DNA of 64,000 nt, from assembly GCA_964252035.1 (NCBI GenBank), contig OZ176204.1, one strand, 5' to 3'. Of this stretch, positions 1 through 11,427 are shown piece after piece. The notes beneath the pieces are model-generated. The model had not been told where the DNA came from. It searched no databases and saw nothing but the letters and a program-made list of their open reading frames with translations. Every line of letters begins with the position of its first letter. The first letter of the stretch is position 1. Made by a program: the position numbers and the translations under genes. This stretch comes from Podarcis erhardii (taxonomy: Eukaryota).

Positions 1-1261
1 GGGGGGAGCTATAGACACACATATGGCACACTTCTTTTAAACATTTCCAAGCAGTTTAGTTCAGTCTCAGAAGGTTGTTGGATTTTTTTTAATTATGCAA
101 AGTTATTTCTGTCCCAACAATGACAATACAACTCCATTCCAGACCCCCAAGTGCTTTGTAATGGGCTTGCAGACTTCCCCACTCAGTTCAGTTTAGGCAG
201 CAGCTCTGTGCATGCAATTCTTTGCCAGTGAAGCCCTATCCTATTTACTGAAGGGAATGGAAGGCTTTTGCAGATGGGAGTCCTTTGTTGGTGGAATTTA
301 ACGAAATCAGTTGGCTTTAGGGGTGCAATAGCATCCATGTCCGCAGCTCAAAAAAAGGGTTGACCTTTTTGCAGGCATTCCACAAAAGCCCTCTAGGTGG
401 GTCTTCTCCCCCATGGAAACTGATGTGATTAGTCTTTTTTTTTCTGGTGGGAAGTCCTCTCTCCTGAAGGAAAGGACACTGTCAGGGAGCTGGATCATTC
501 ACAATGACACTGGCCAACACCAAACTAATTTGTTTTCTTCTGCCTTGTGGAGGGTCAGGATATAGGCATTTGTTATGGATTACAACCCATTTTAATAGCC
601 ATGTTTTGATTTAAAGCTAATCCAAGAACTTCGTTTACCTGGTTTTTTCCAATTTAACAGATATAGATGATAGATAGATCTTCTCGTGGCATTTCCTGTA
701 ATGTATGAAACATGCTTTTTCATTGATATGGAATCCTAGGTCGAACTATGCTGACCTGCAGCATGCATACACGCAAAAGACACCAAAGCCTGCCAATTTC
801 CCTAATCATGCATAACTTGGCCTTAGCTTACACTTTTGCTTAGTATAACCTCATAGGGTAGCTCAGGGTTCTTGGAGGTCCTACCGTAACAGCTAAATGA
901 CCCTGTTTCAGTACAAACACTAAGATTTCTTCCCACCCCTTTTGCAACTAGCTTCTTGTATGACATGTGGCTAGGCCACTGGAGTCAAAGGTCCTCCCTT
1001 CATGTTCCAGTATTGCAAAAGCCAGGGAAAGTGTGATGAATGTTGTCTGTGGGCAATTTTAGATATTTGACAAGCAGAGGAAAAATGGCGCATGAGTAAG
1101 CTCTTGTTTCCTGTTTCTGTGGTTCTGTGCAATGTCTGAAACAGGTATTCATGCATCTACCCCATGGGAAAAGTTCCCTGAAAAGTAGGAGCCACTTAAG
1201 AATCCTGTGCTGACATCTCTCATCTTAGGATGTATGGACAATTTTTTTCCCCATTTGCCAT

Positions 1262-1567
1262 TCATGAACTTATAAAATTGCCACATGATAAAGTGATGTC
1301 TATTAGCTTAGATGGTCTGAAGGAAGGATTAGACAAATTCATGATGCATAATCAATGGCTATTAGTCACAATAGCTAAAACATTGCCTTTGGTGATTCAA
1401 TTTATTTCTGATTGTCCCCAGCAGCAGCTGAACTGTATGGGTTGGCTGTTGCTTCTGTGCCTGGTTTATGAGCTTTTTGGAGACATCTGGCCAACCCCTC
1501 TGGAGACAGAATGCTGGACTCTCTGGGACTTGGTCTAAGCGAGCAAGGCAATTATTTTGTTCTTATG
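1262..1567 (+). mobile_element. CR1 LINE 3' fragment (decayed)
   Basis: Contains GATGGTCTGAAGGAAGGATTAGACAAATTCATG...CAATGGCTATTAG and ends ...GCTGGACT...TTTTGTTCTTATG, matching squamate CR1 3' ends as I recall them. It explains ORF 1230..1538. Confidence 0.7.
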
Positions 1568-1790
1568 CAAACAGGAAGAAAGTAGTGTAGGCTCAGTTTA
1601 GAAAGCATTTGGCTTATGGAGGCCAGCTGTATTGGATGAGCATATCCAGCCACACTCAGAAGCTCCCTACAGATCCAGCCATAGAATACAAAGTCAACGT
1701 CTTACTTGGACATCAAAGCTAACACTTCCCATGCTTGTCAAGGCTGCTAATATTTTTGCAGGGGTTTTGCTTACTCCTTATTCTCTACAT

Positions 1791-1911
1791 CAGGGATAGC
1801 TTCCGGATGTTGTGGACTACAAATCTCATCATCTCTGACCATTGGCTATGCAGCTGAGGCTAATGGGAGTTGTAGTCCTCAGCTTCTGTAAGGCACAATG
1901 TTGGCTTCTCC
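1791..1911. mobile_element. Palindromic MITE (GACTACAACTCCC / GGGAGTTGTAGTC family)
   Basis: Inverted arms GGACTACAAATCTCATC and ATGGGAGTTGTAGTCC; the same family occurs at 8553-8686 and 32428-32765. Confidence 0.65.
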
Positions 1912-2928
1912 TTTTCTATATAGTGCAAATGCTGATCTGTATAGTAACCCCTGATTTGCTTTTTTTTTTTTTCAATTTCAGGGACACTTTGGCCATATTA
2001 TGGGATTTATAGAAGATCAAAGGACATTGATGCAGTGATACTCCATAACAAAATACATAGGGACTGGTTTGAGATTCCAGACTTTTTCCACACTCCACTA
2101 CATTCATAATTATTATTATTACATTCATGCAGTTTATCTTAGATCTGGGGAAGATATTGCCTGAAAAGGCTTAAAATCAATCTTGTGATTCCTTAGGTTA
2201 TAGTTGAGCTACTTGGTAGCAACCAATTGAACCTAGCAAATGATACTTCTTGAAAGTTGAGTCCATACATCCTCACTTTTCAGCAGCCTTAGATTGCTAC
2301 CGTCTTAGTATTTCTTGCAATGAAATTACAATGTTCATTCATGTAAAGCACATAGGAAACACAATAGGCCAGTGGGTGGTTACTCATATAAGTTAACCAA
2401 GCAATACTAGACATATTCTGTCCTATGAATTCCAGAAGTGTGATACTCTGTTTACTCAGATTAGTCCCAACACAGTCTGTAAGACAGCTTCAAAATATGT
2501 GGCTCGAGTATTCTTTAAGACTGCCTTAGTTGAAAACAGTAAGGGTTACTTATGAAACAACATGCATGGGTTTTAGCTGTTTGCAAAGCAACCACTCCTA
2601 TGAGCAATAGCACAAGCCTCCTAGTATATAGAACCAGGTGTGTCTGGCCTCCTCTAGTTGAATGGCCGGTCAAAGCCATTCTGGTGTCATATTCTGACTA
2701 TTTCTAGGAGCCACAGATGAGAGCTGAGTGCAGGGTGAGGACCAAAAGTGAACAGTCTACCACCCTAGAAGGAGCACGAAGTGTCCCCCACCAGAAGTAC
2801 TACCCCTCCCATAACGTCCCGTACACCCCTTTCCTAATAGATTATAGAATATTTACACAGGCCACTGTGCACTGAAAATGTAATCTTAGATCAAAGGTTT
2901 CTACAGACGAGTAAATAGTTATACACAG

Positions 2929-2962
2929 ACACACACACACACACACACACAAACACACAAAC
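2929..2962. repeat. (CA)n microsatellite
   Basis: Read directly from the sequence. Confidence 0.95.
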
Positions 2963-3059
2963 ATATAGACACATATCTATATATCCCAAAATTACATAGG
3001 GAGGAAGTATTATAACCACAAAAGCGTTGCTTTGAGAAATTTCAATATTATCACTTTTT

Positions 3060-3300
3060 TATGATCAGTTTTGTACATGTGTATATGTTATTCATCCTTT
3101 TGTATAGAAAGCCTTGTTCTCCTACTTTCATATATGTAAAATAATATATAGGTTCTTATCACTTTTAATGCAGATTTTTATTTTTTATTTCACCTTTGAA
3201 ATCTTTGTATTTTGTAAATCAGTGTTTATGGAAAACTTTTTTAAAAAATAAATTGCATGTTGGTTTTAAAAGATAGCATTGATTTTTTTTATTACATTTG
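3060..3300 (+). terminator. Probable mRNA 3' end / polyadenylation region of an unidentified + strand gene
   Basis: AATAAA at 3247-3252 is preceded by six TGTA motifs (3072, 3080, 3101, 3135, 3206, 3213) in AT-rich, repeat-free sequence and followed by T/GT-rich sequence. Confidence 0.55.
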
Positions 3301-3660
3301 TCTTTCTTTAAAAAGATCATTATTTAAGAAAATTAAGATTAACCCTCTCCCACAATCTGGTTCGTACTTTTTTCTTTCCTGTCTTACCGCAGGCAATTTC
3401 ACTTGTCTGTTTGACTGCATATTACTGAAGGCTTTACTCATGCACTGTTTCATGGAGGTATGTTCCACTGATTTGGGATTTGGGAGACCACTATGCCCTC
3501 TTGTTTATTGACTTTTTCAGACATAGTGAAATTCTAGTGGAAAGAGAATCTACACAATCCCTGTTTAGGGAAGTTTTTAATTTTTGAAGTTTTATTGTTT
3601 TTAGTCCTCTGTTGGGAGCCGCCCAGAGTAGCTGGGGAAACCCAGCCAGATGGGCAGGGT

Positions 3661-3680
3661 ATAAATAACAATAACAATAA

Positions 3681-3725
<45 letters not shown>

Positions 3726-3740
3726 TACTATTACTATTAC
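3661..3740. repeat. Compound microsatellite (AATAAC)n-(ATT)n-(ACTATT)n
   Basis: Read directly; it generates the poly-I and poly-N ORFs 3595..3789 and 3601..3828. Confidence 0.95.
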
Positions 3741-4250
3741 TAAAACGAAGCCTATTATCCCATTGTTCTTTAATGAACCAGTTTTGTAAAGTGGCCATTC
3801 TTGAACAGCAAAACAGTGAAAAGTGCAACTACTGAATTACAACCTGTCATGAAATTCAGTTCTGTTGCCTCTGGCTTGAATCATGTTCCTGTTCCACCAC
3901 AGGTGTCAATTAAATAACCAAAGACATTTGTGTTATCATTAATGACTTCTTCTTTGCATGCTCACTATGCTTATTCTACATACATTTAATGCCCTTTAAT
4001 GTGATTGTCACAGACTAGTTTGCATTTCCACCTGACTTCCCTGTTTACTTCCCTCCCCTTCTGCCAGCTGAGGGGAAAATGCCTCATGGATCCAATGAAG
4101 TGGACTCTAGTCCACAAAAATTCATGCCATTCTCAGGTACCATAAGATGCTTCATTGTCAGTAACTTGAGAAGGCATTTGTATGTTCTGAAATCTATCTT
4201 TCTGAAACCCTGGTTCAGTATAAAGAGGTACATTCACAATTTTAAAAAAT

Positions 4251-4401
4251 TCTGGGATAGCTTAGTCGGTAGAGCATGAGACTTTTAATCTCAGGGTAAT
4301 GGGTTCGAGTCTCATGTTGGGCAGAAGATTTCCTACATTACAGGCGGTTGAACCAGGTGACCCTTCTGGTCCTTTCCAACTCTACAATTCTATGATTCTA
4401 T
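4251..4401 (+). mobile_element. tRNA-Lys-derived SINE with CR1-type 3' tail
   Basis: The head GATAGCTTAGTCGGTAGAGCATGAGACTTTTAATCTCAGGGTAATGGGTTCGAG closely follows vertebrate tRNA-Lys(CTT), with A and B boxes. The tail GGTCCTTTCCAACTCTACAATTCTATGATTCTA is the CR1 terminal repeat. Confidence 0.8.
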
Positions 4402-5388
4402 TAAATTACTATGGGTGGAATTAAACAAACATTCCGTCTGTGCAGGCATATCAGACAGAATGATTCCCCCTCCCTTTGTAGTGTTCTTGGGGTTCTCCGA
4501 ATAGATACACCTGAGCCCAATTTCAGGAGGCATGAGGAGAAGTGGGGGAAGCCCCACTGTACAAGCAGAAGCTTCTGGTGATGAGGTTCATTAGGTGAAT
4601 GCTGCCTTATATGCTGATATTTCCCTGACAAAGATGGTGTATCACCCACAGTGTGATATTGTTGTCATCACTTCCATAAACCCGGATGCCTTCATCAAAA
4701 GACAGTAGTTGCAAAGACCCATAGTCTCTGTAGTAGAAAAAATACAGGTATCTGAATATAGTTGCAAGCAAATCTATTCAAGACTTGAGGTTTTGGTTTC
4801 ATGACAAGGCCACTTCGTTCCCAGACTTCTCCTTAAGTTTGTTTTTCTTTTTTTCTTTTTTTAGTTCTTTCCTGGCTAGAATTTCTTGGTCTGCATTCCT
4901 CAATCCACTTTCTCCAGGAATTGACCTGAACAGGATTCCCTGGGGTAAGTGGTTTGACCTCAAAGGTCTTTCTTCAGGATTTAAGGCCTCAGCTTTTTCT
5001 TTTGAGGCTTGTTTTGTCAGCATATTCCAAGGTCTCTTGACAGATCTACAATAAGCCAGCCTTTCCCCCCTTTTTGTGGGGGAGCATTCTGTTGAAGTGT
5101 TATACCTACACCTCCTCTGTGACCAGGTGTCCCAGTAAGAGTATCATAGCCTCAAATATCATACCCAGATATTGAACAGTTGCACTTTGTACGTGACACA
5201 CAATATACTCAGATGTGTAAAGAAAACAAAGCTGTCAGTGCATTTTAACTGGCTCATTTTAACTGGCTCATTTTAAATGGATCCTGATCACCTTTTGTAG
5301 CTCAGTCTCAATTATGAATGACAAATAGCATTTGAATGGAGCATGAGGATGGGACAGAGGTGTTAACAGTCAGCAATTATTTGTTGTA

Positions 5389-5735
5389 GGTAAAGGGACC
5401 CCTGACCATTAGGTCCAGTCGTGACCGACTCTGGGGTTGCGGCGCTCATCTTGTTTTATTGGCCGAGGGAGCCGGCGTACAGCTTCTGGGTTATGTGGCC
5501 AGCATGACTAAGCCGCTTCTGGCGAACCAGAGCAGCGCACGGAAATGCCATTTACCTTCCCGCCGGAGCGGTACCTATTTATCTACTTACACTTTGACGT
5601 GCTTTCGAACTGCTAGGTTGGCAGGAGCAGGGACCGAGCAACGGGAGCTCACCCCGTTGTGGGGATTCGAACCGCCGACCTTCTGATCGGCAAGTCCTAG
5701 GCTCTGTGGTTTAACCCACAGTGCAACCGCGCCCC
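5389..5735 (-). mobile_element. Sauria SINE (lacertid type), full length
   Basis: Reverse-complement match to the copy at 39066-39420 over its whole length, with a perfect 13-bp target-site duplication ATTATTTGTTGTA at 5376-5388 and 5736-5748. Confidence 0.92.
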
Positions 5736-5900
5736 ATTATTTGTTGTACAACACCCTAAATAAATTCATTGGCCCATCAGTTAAGTAACCAGAGTATGAT
5801 GCTAGTTCCAGTCTTGTGCAGGTCAAGAAAAGATCCCAGAATATGGAACTAAAATAAATTCAGTCTCAACCACATTAGTTTGACAATTCTGAATATATTG

Positions 5901-6030
5901 GATTGGATCCAGACTTAGTCATGCATAAAGCAGACTCCATTGAAATCAATAAGACTATAGTTAGTGACTAATGTAGGTTCAATTGATTTCAATAGGTCTA
6001 CTCCAAGCAGAAAAAGCCTGGCTCCAACTT
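5901..6030. mobile_element. Palindromic MITE-like hairpin repeat
   Basis: Inverted arms AGACTCCATTGAAATCAAT and ATTGATTTCAATAGGTCT, with outer GGATCCAGAC / GCCTGGCTCC. Confidence 0.6.
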
Positions 6031-8552
6031 ATGATCCTTGATTTATGAATAGTTTGCCCTTCCACAGTGTGCATGATTGGAAGGGGAACTATAGTTCTGC
6101 ACACACGCACCTGTGTGATAAATCAGTGCTGGTCTCACAGTGTCAATCACCAAATTAAAGAACAGAATGAGGAAACAGGTATCAGATGTGGTCCAAGTAC
6201 CATTCCTCCTCCAAGCCCCATGGACTGATAAAATGCTAAGGGGGAAGAGTTCTGAGAATAGAACAGTAGGCCTATAGTCTCCTGCTACACTCCTAGTTTC
6301 CTAGACTGAGATCTTGATAAACCCCAGTGATGCTATCTAAATAATAAGGTGCATTAAGCACTTGTTTAGGATTTTGCTCCTATACTATATCTGGCCTTTT
6401 GAGCTTACATTACAGCACTCTGATCCTAACAGCACATTTATTTAATTAAACCATTTATATACTGCTTAATATAGAATCTCAAAGTAGTCTACACCACTTC
6501 TGAAATGAATTATTTCTAAAACATGCCACAGGTGCTATTCAGCCTTGTGCAATGTTGAGCATTCCAACTGTGCAAGCCTATCAGCTTGTCTGCAGAACAA
6601 TCTTCCTGCCCCCACCGCTGTTCTGCAGAGCCAGTGTTTGGGGGAGGGTGAAGGGTGGGAGAAGAGGAGGAAAAGCCCCATTGTGCAAGTGGAAGACTAT
6701 CAGCAGAGCTTCCACTGATGGGTCCGTTAGGTGAATCCCACCCCATGTGTCCTTCTGAAACTGTCAAATGTAACTTGAAACATCCCAATAAAGAATGGGG
6801 CCTGTATTGTGTTTTGTTGTTGTTTAAAAGGGTGTGTTTGTCAAGTCTCAAAAGTGCCTGGAAACCATTTTTCCCAGGGCACTATGTAAGGCATATAGTG
6901 TGCCCCATTATGTGGAGGAACACTATAGGTATTCATTAGTATGATACTCTGCACATGCTCAGCGACAGTCGATGCACGACTTCTGGATTGTATGGTGTGA
7001 GTCTCTGTCTTTCAGCGTTCTCTGAAACTGAACTTAATTAGGACCAGCTTCCTGTTGAATTTAATCTGGTCTTGACATGTCTGAGTGGCACGTCTTTTCC
7101 TTGTTGAGCCAGGCTATACTTGCATGTGATTCTATTATTGTTACTGGAGCAGTATAGAAAACGCCGCATGATATTTGCTTGCAACACAGGGTGTCATTCA
7201 TGAGTTATACATAAATGGCAGCTTTACATATTTAAAGGAAACACAAACTGCTTCATATCTGAAGTATGTTTCCCAGGGGGTACCACCACCATTTGATCTA
7301 TTTTTGATTAAAATGTAAAAATTAAAAATTAAATCAAATGGTAGTATAACTCCTTAGGGAAAACATACTTCAGTTATGAAGTATTCCCTGTAGCAACCTT
7401 GAAAATCTTACAACTGTATTGTCTCATCTGTAGGTGGTCCTTTTATGTCACACATAATTAAAATGAATTGCTGTTAGAGAACCCATACTACTGCATACAG
7501 ATTTATGAACCTGGAGGCACCTCCATTCACATGTAAACAGTGATATCACAAAGTAACTGTGAGGGATAAACAGCATGAGGATAGGTATCAGTGAGTAAGA
7601 CATTTCCCTGTGCCATAAGAGGAAAGACCAGGTGCATGTCATAAAACATTATGTATATGTCTTGTAAAAAGTATTTCCTGCAGAAGGATAATAATGCAAT
7701 GTGATTAGCTTACCCTGCCTTTGCTATGCAGCTCAGTTCTGTCTCCTTCAGCTGGAGTAGCGTAAGACCTTTTAATGTATAAAGAAATGGCTAATATGTC
7801 AGCAGGAAAAAAATACATTGTGAAATTGGATTTTCTAAGAAAATGTGCTTTGCAAACCCTAATACTATTTGTGTGTATTACGATATGTGGATGTATATTT
7901 GATAAGATTAGAGAGTAAGCAGGGATTTAAAAAAAAAAAAGACTATAGCATTTGCATTCCACATTTCACAGATCTGAAAAACCAAATCTGATATCTGGGT
8001 TTCTCTGGGAAGATTCGATTCTTCTAGTCATGTCACCTCTGTCTGTAACAATGATTTGCAGCTAGGTGGTTGAAGTGAGGTAAAACTCTTTGGACATATA
8101 TTGAAAATCACAGGAACTACAGATAGACTTGGCAACCCCCTTCTGTGTTCTGTTCAATATTGAGGACCCTAGTCTGCATGCTTTAGCCAACTCACGTCTG
8201 ACAGGTGTACTCAGAGCAGGGCCTTTTCTGTTGTGGTGCCAACTTTCCGGAATGCCAGGTCCCATAACTTTGTTCCTTTTTCAGAAAGGCTTTGGGACCA
8301 AACTGATTGATTTCTGCATTGTTTGTTTCTGTTTCCAGTGCTTTGCTTTATAAACTTCTGCTCAGTTATTTCATTCGTAATTTGTTACTGTGTAACAGCA
8401 GTGTTTAATTTTTGTTTTGCATCTTTGTGTTTTACAGCGTTGTGTTGCTGACGTAGACACCTTTTTGCAGATCTGTACAAATCTGTACAAAGTACTATGG
8501 GAGATATAGTGCCATGTTGTTCAAGTATGGATCCTCATGCCTTCACTCCCTA

Positions 8553-8686
8553 GCCAAGCCTTCCCCAACATGATGCCCTCTGAGATGTTTTAGACTACAA
8601 CTCCCATCAGCATGGCCAACCATCCGGAATGCTGGGAGTTGTAGTCCAAAATATCTGGATGATGCCTGGTTGGAGCAGGTTGCCCT
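8553..8686. mobile_element. Palindromic MITE (GACTACAACTCCC family)
   Basis: AGATGTTTTAGACTACAACTCCCA ... TGGGAGTTGTAGTCCAAAATATCT inverted arms. Confidence 0.75.
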
Positions 8687-8719
8687 GGCCAAAGAGAGAG
8701 TAATCAGACAGGATAGATT

Positions 8720-9027
8720 TCCTATTCAAAAGCCACCTTTCGAACAGCCACTCTTCAAAAATCACACATCTCCAAATTTTGCAATACTGTTCTCTATATA
8801 TTAGTAAAAAAAGTACAAAAATGCATTTTATTAGGGGAAGTTCCTTTTTTGAAAATGTGGATGCTAGGCAAAATTGCATACAAAATGTGTATATTAGGAG
8901 AAATTCTAAAATGCCGATCAGTTTTCATGAAGACTTTTTAAAAACTGACTTGGAAATGTAGAGAACAGAAGGATGAAAAAATGAGAAATTGAGAGAAACC
9001 AAGACCTAAAGATTCCGGCATCCCTAG
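8720..9027. mobile_element. Probable non-autonomous hAT-type element (ends CATCCCTA); related reverse copy near 16990-17260
   Basis: The AT-rich body, with CAAAATTGCATACAAAATG and CCAAATTTTGCAAT motifs, is shared in reverse with 16990-17260. The left end is not defined. Confidence 0.45.
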
Positions 9028-9251
9028 CTTCACCCCGGAACTTAGAGAAACGAGATTGTAAACAACATAATCAAAACAGTTTACAAAAAACATCACTCTA
9101 TAAAAAGGATCTTCTGGCTGTGGCTACATGCTCTAGTCTGAAGGAGAAGGCTAAAGCATAATTTGGTCCTTCCCGCTGAAGCATTTTGTCTTCTGAAGGG
9201 ATCAGAAAACAGAAGGGGGTTCAAAATCCTCCCAGACTGCACAAGTCACTT

Positions 9252-9571
9252 CAGGGGTCAGCAAACTTTTTCAACAGGGGGCTGGTTCGCTGTCCCTCAG
9301 ACTTGTCGGGGGCTGGACTATATTTTGGGGGGAGAAATGAATTAATTCCTTTGCCCCGCAAATAACCCAGAGATGCATTTTAAATAAAAGGGCACATTCT
9401 ACTCATGTAAAAACACCAGGCAGGCCCTACAAATAACCCAGAGATGAATTTTAAATAAAAGGGCACATTCTACTCATGTAAAAACATGCTGATTCCCAGA
9501 CCATCTGCGAGCCAGTTTTAGAAGGCGATTAGGCTGGATCCGGCCCCTGGGCCTTAGTTTGCCTACCCATG
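9252..9571. mobile_element. Non-autonomous hAT (Charlie-like) element
   Basis: Imperfect TIRs CAGGGGTCAGCAAACT / AGTTTGCCTACCCATG and an internal 71-bp-period tandem duplication; no clear TSD. Confidence 0.7.
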
Positions 9572-10169
9572 CTGTAGTTTATACACAAGCAGAACCATTT
9601 CTTGTTGCATACCCTCAAACGCGAGTGATGCAAAATTGCCATATTGTATAAAAGTGATTTCAGTGTAGGATTTATGATCTAGCAAGCAAAGCTGGTGATG
9701 CTTTCCTCCCGTTAGATTAACAGGAACAGTTGTGAACTGGGGGAAGGCATGTAGTATATATGCTCCCTGCCTGCCAGCACCTCCCACATTTGCCATCAGG
9801 CCCAGGGCTGTGAGAGGCATCAGCAGCCAACCTGTGAGGACATCCTGCCCTGTGTGGCCTAACAACTAGTTGCTTCCAACAGCCAGAGATTCAGCTGCAG
9901 AATGGCATTTGTTGGAAAATCAAAGAACAAGGAGAGAGGGACTTGCATATATCTTTGCCTGGCTGTAGTGACTATTGTGTTGTGCTTTTAATATAATTCA
10001 AGCTGTCTCAATAACTTTTGTTAGTAGGTGGAGTATAAATAAATAAATGGGGTTTGTCCACATCTGGCTAGTGTTAAGGAGGTAAATGCCATCTTGACTA
10101 CCTGAATAACTCTTATTAGTGGGTGTTTCCATTTAGCATCAAACATATGGCAACCATTGTGAATCTGTT

Positions 10170-10420
10170 GAGACCCTGAGATCAGCATCTGAGGGAGGTC
10201 CAGAGAGTGGTGACAACAGAACAGGTCTTTCCTGTAGTAGCCCCCTGTCTAAAGAACGCTGTCTCCAGGGAGGCCCACTGGGCACCAATTTAGTCGTCAT
10301 TTCAGCACCAGGCAAAGAATTTTTATTTTGCCAGGCATTTGGGGCAGCTCCAACTCTTGGAAACCTGACTGTGTTTTTAGAACTTTTGTTTTCACCTGCA
10401 TCTTTTATTCTTCTTGTAAA
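10170..10420 (+). mobile_element. L2 LINE 3' fragment
   Basis: Translates as EQVFPVVAPCLKNAVSREAHWAP, resembling the L2 ORF2 C-terminal motif RAFSVVAPRLWNxLP. Confidence 0.65.
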
Positions 10421-11240
10421 TCAGTTCCGGTCTTTATGTTGTGTGAAGCAGTTCATAAATCTAACAGACTTAAATGTTGTGCTCCACACAATTGTAAAGA
10501 CAGGAAAACAGTATATGGAAGGTATAGACGTTCAAGAGTTCCATCGACTGTACAGTTGCTGCTCCTTCTGGCTGTGTTCCCTTTAGAGCTCATCAGCTGA
10601 GACAACAGATTTCAGGATGTTAGTTCTGGCAGTCCTCAAGCCCAGGGCTATTCATTATATTATACAGTCTCCTGCCTTGTTTTACAAAAGGTATTAGGAG
10701 ATTTTGCAGGCTACCCTTTTCATTAATAATCTGATCCACAGCTTCAGATTATTTCTGTAATTATTCCACATAAAAAAGGCTACCAAGTATGATTGCAAAT
10801 ACGTCTTCATTTTCATGGTCTGCATTTGTGGGAGAACCGCAATTGTCTGAAGTTCTTAATAATGTGTAAATAAAATTCATTTAGGTTTCTAAATGTCTTC
10901 TTCTGACCCCAGGGACCTACAACTTAGCAATGTGGTGCTCTTAACAAAACTAATCACCAAACCGTTTGAAAGTTTAAAAATGAAGGGGGGGGAGAGAGAT
11001 GTTATTTGCATAGTGAAAATGTTTCTTGAAATTTGCATGGGATGTGTGGCAGTTTCTATATGGATCCAAAACAACGGACATTATAGCAGATTCTTCCTCT
11101 GTCTTGTGTTCTGTTCTGGTTTGGGTATAAACAAATAGATTTATGCATTTGAGCGGTTATGCAGAGAAGTGGGGATACAGTTTCAGTAAAATAAAGGTGA
11201 CCTAAGGTTTCTTGGCTTTCGGTTCATTTGTAGCCTAGAG

Positions 11241-11427
11241 TTGGGCTGCCATACGTCTGGATTTTCCCAGACATTGCCAAGTTTTCAAAGGCGGAATTGA
11301 TGTCCTGGATCTTAGGCAAGTCAATCTAAAAAAAAAAGCATCAACAATTTCGGTGGTTTCCTTAAAAAAAAGAAAAAGAAGCTCAAGCAAATTTTGGGGT
11401 ATCCTGGTTTCTAATATGGCAACCCTA
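11241..11427. mobile_element. hAT MITE with perfect 8-bp TSD
   Basis: TIRs TTGGGCTGCCATA / TATGGCAACCCTA; TSD GCCTAGAG at 11233-11240 and 11428-11435. Confidence 0.85.

Noticed and set aside
1230-1538. 102-aa ORF as a host gene
   Set aside because: Lies within a decayed CR1 3' fragment.
3595-3828. Poly-Ile/poly-Asn ORFs (also poly-Lys 29663..29893 and the RE/VC-repeat ORFs at 61718..62143)
   Set aside because: Translations of microsatellites.
4251-4323. Functional tRNA-Lys gene
   Set aside because: The acceptor stem does not pair, there is no T-run terminator, and it runs straight into a CR1 tail, so it is a SINE head.
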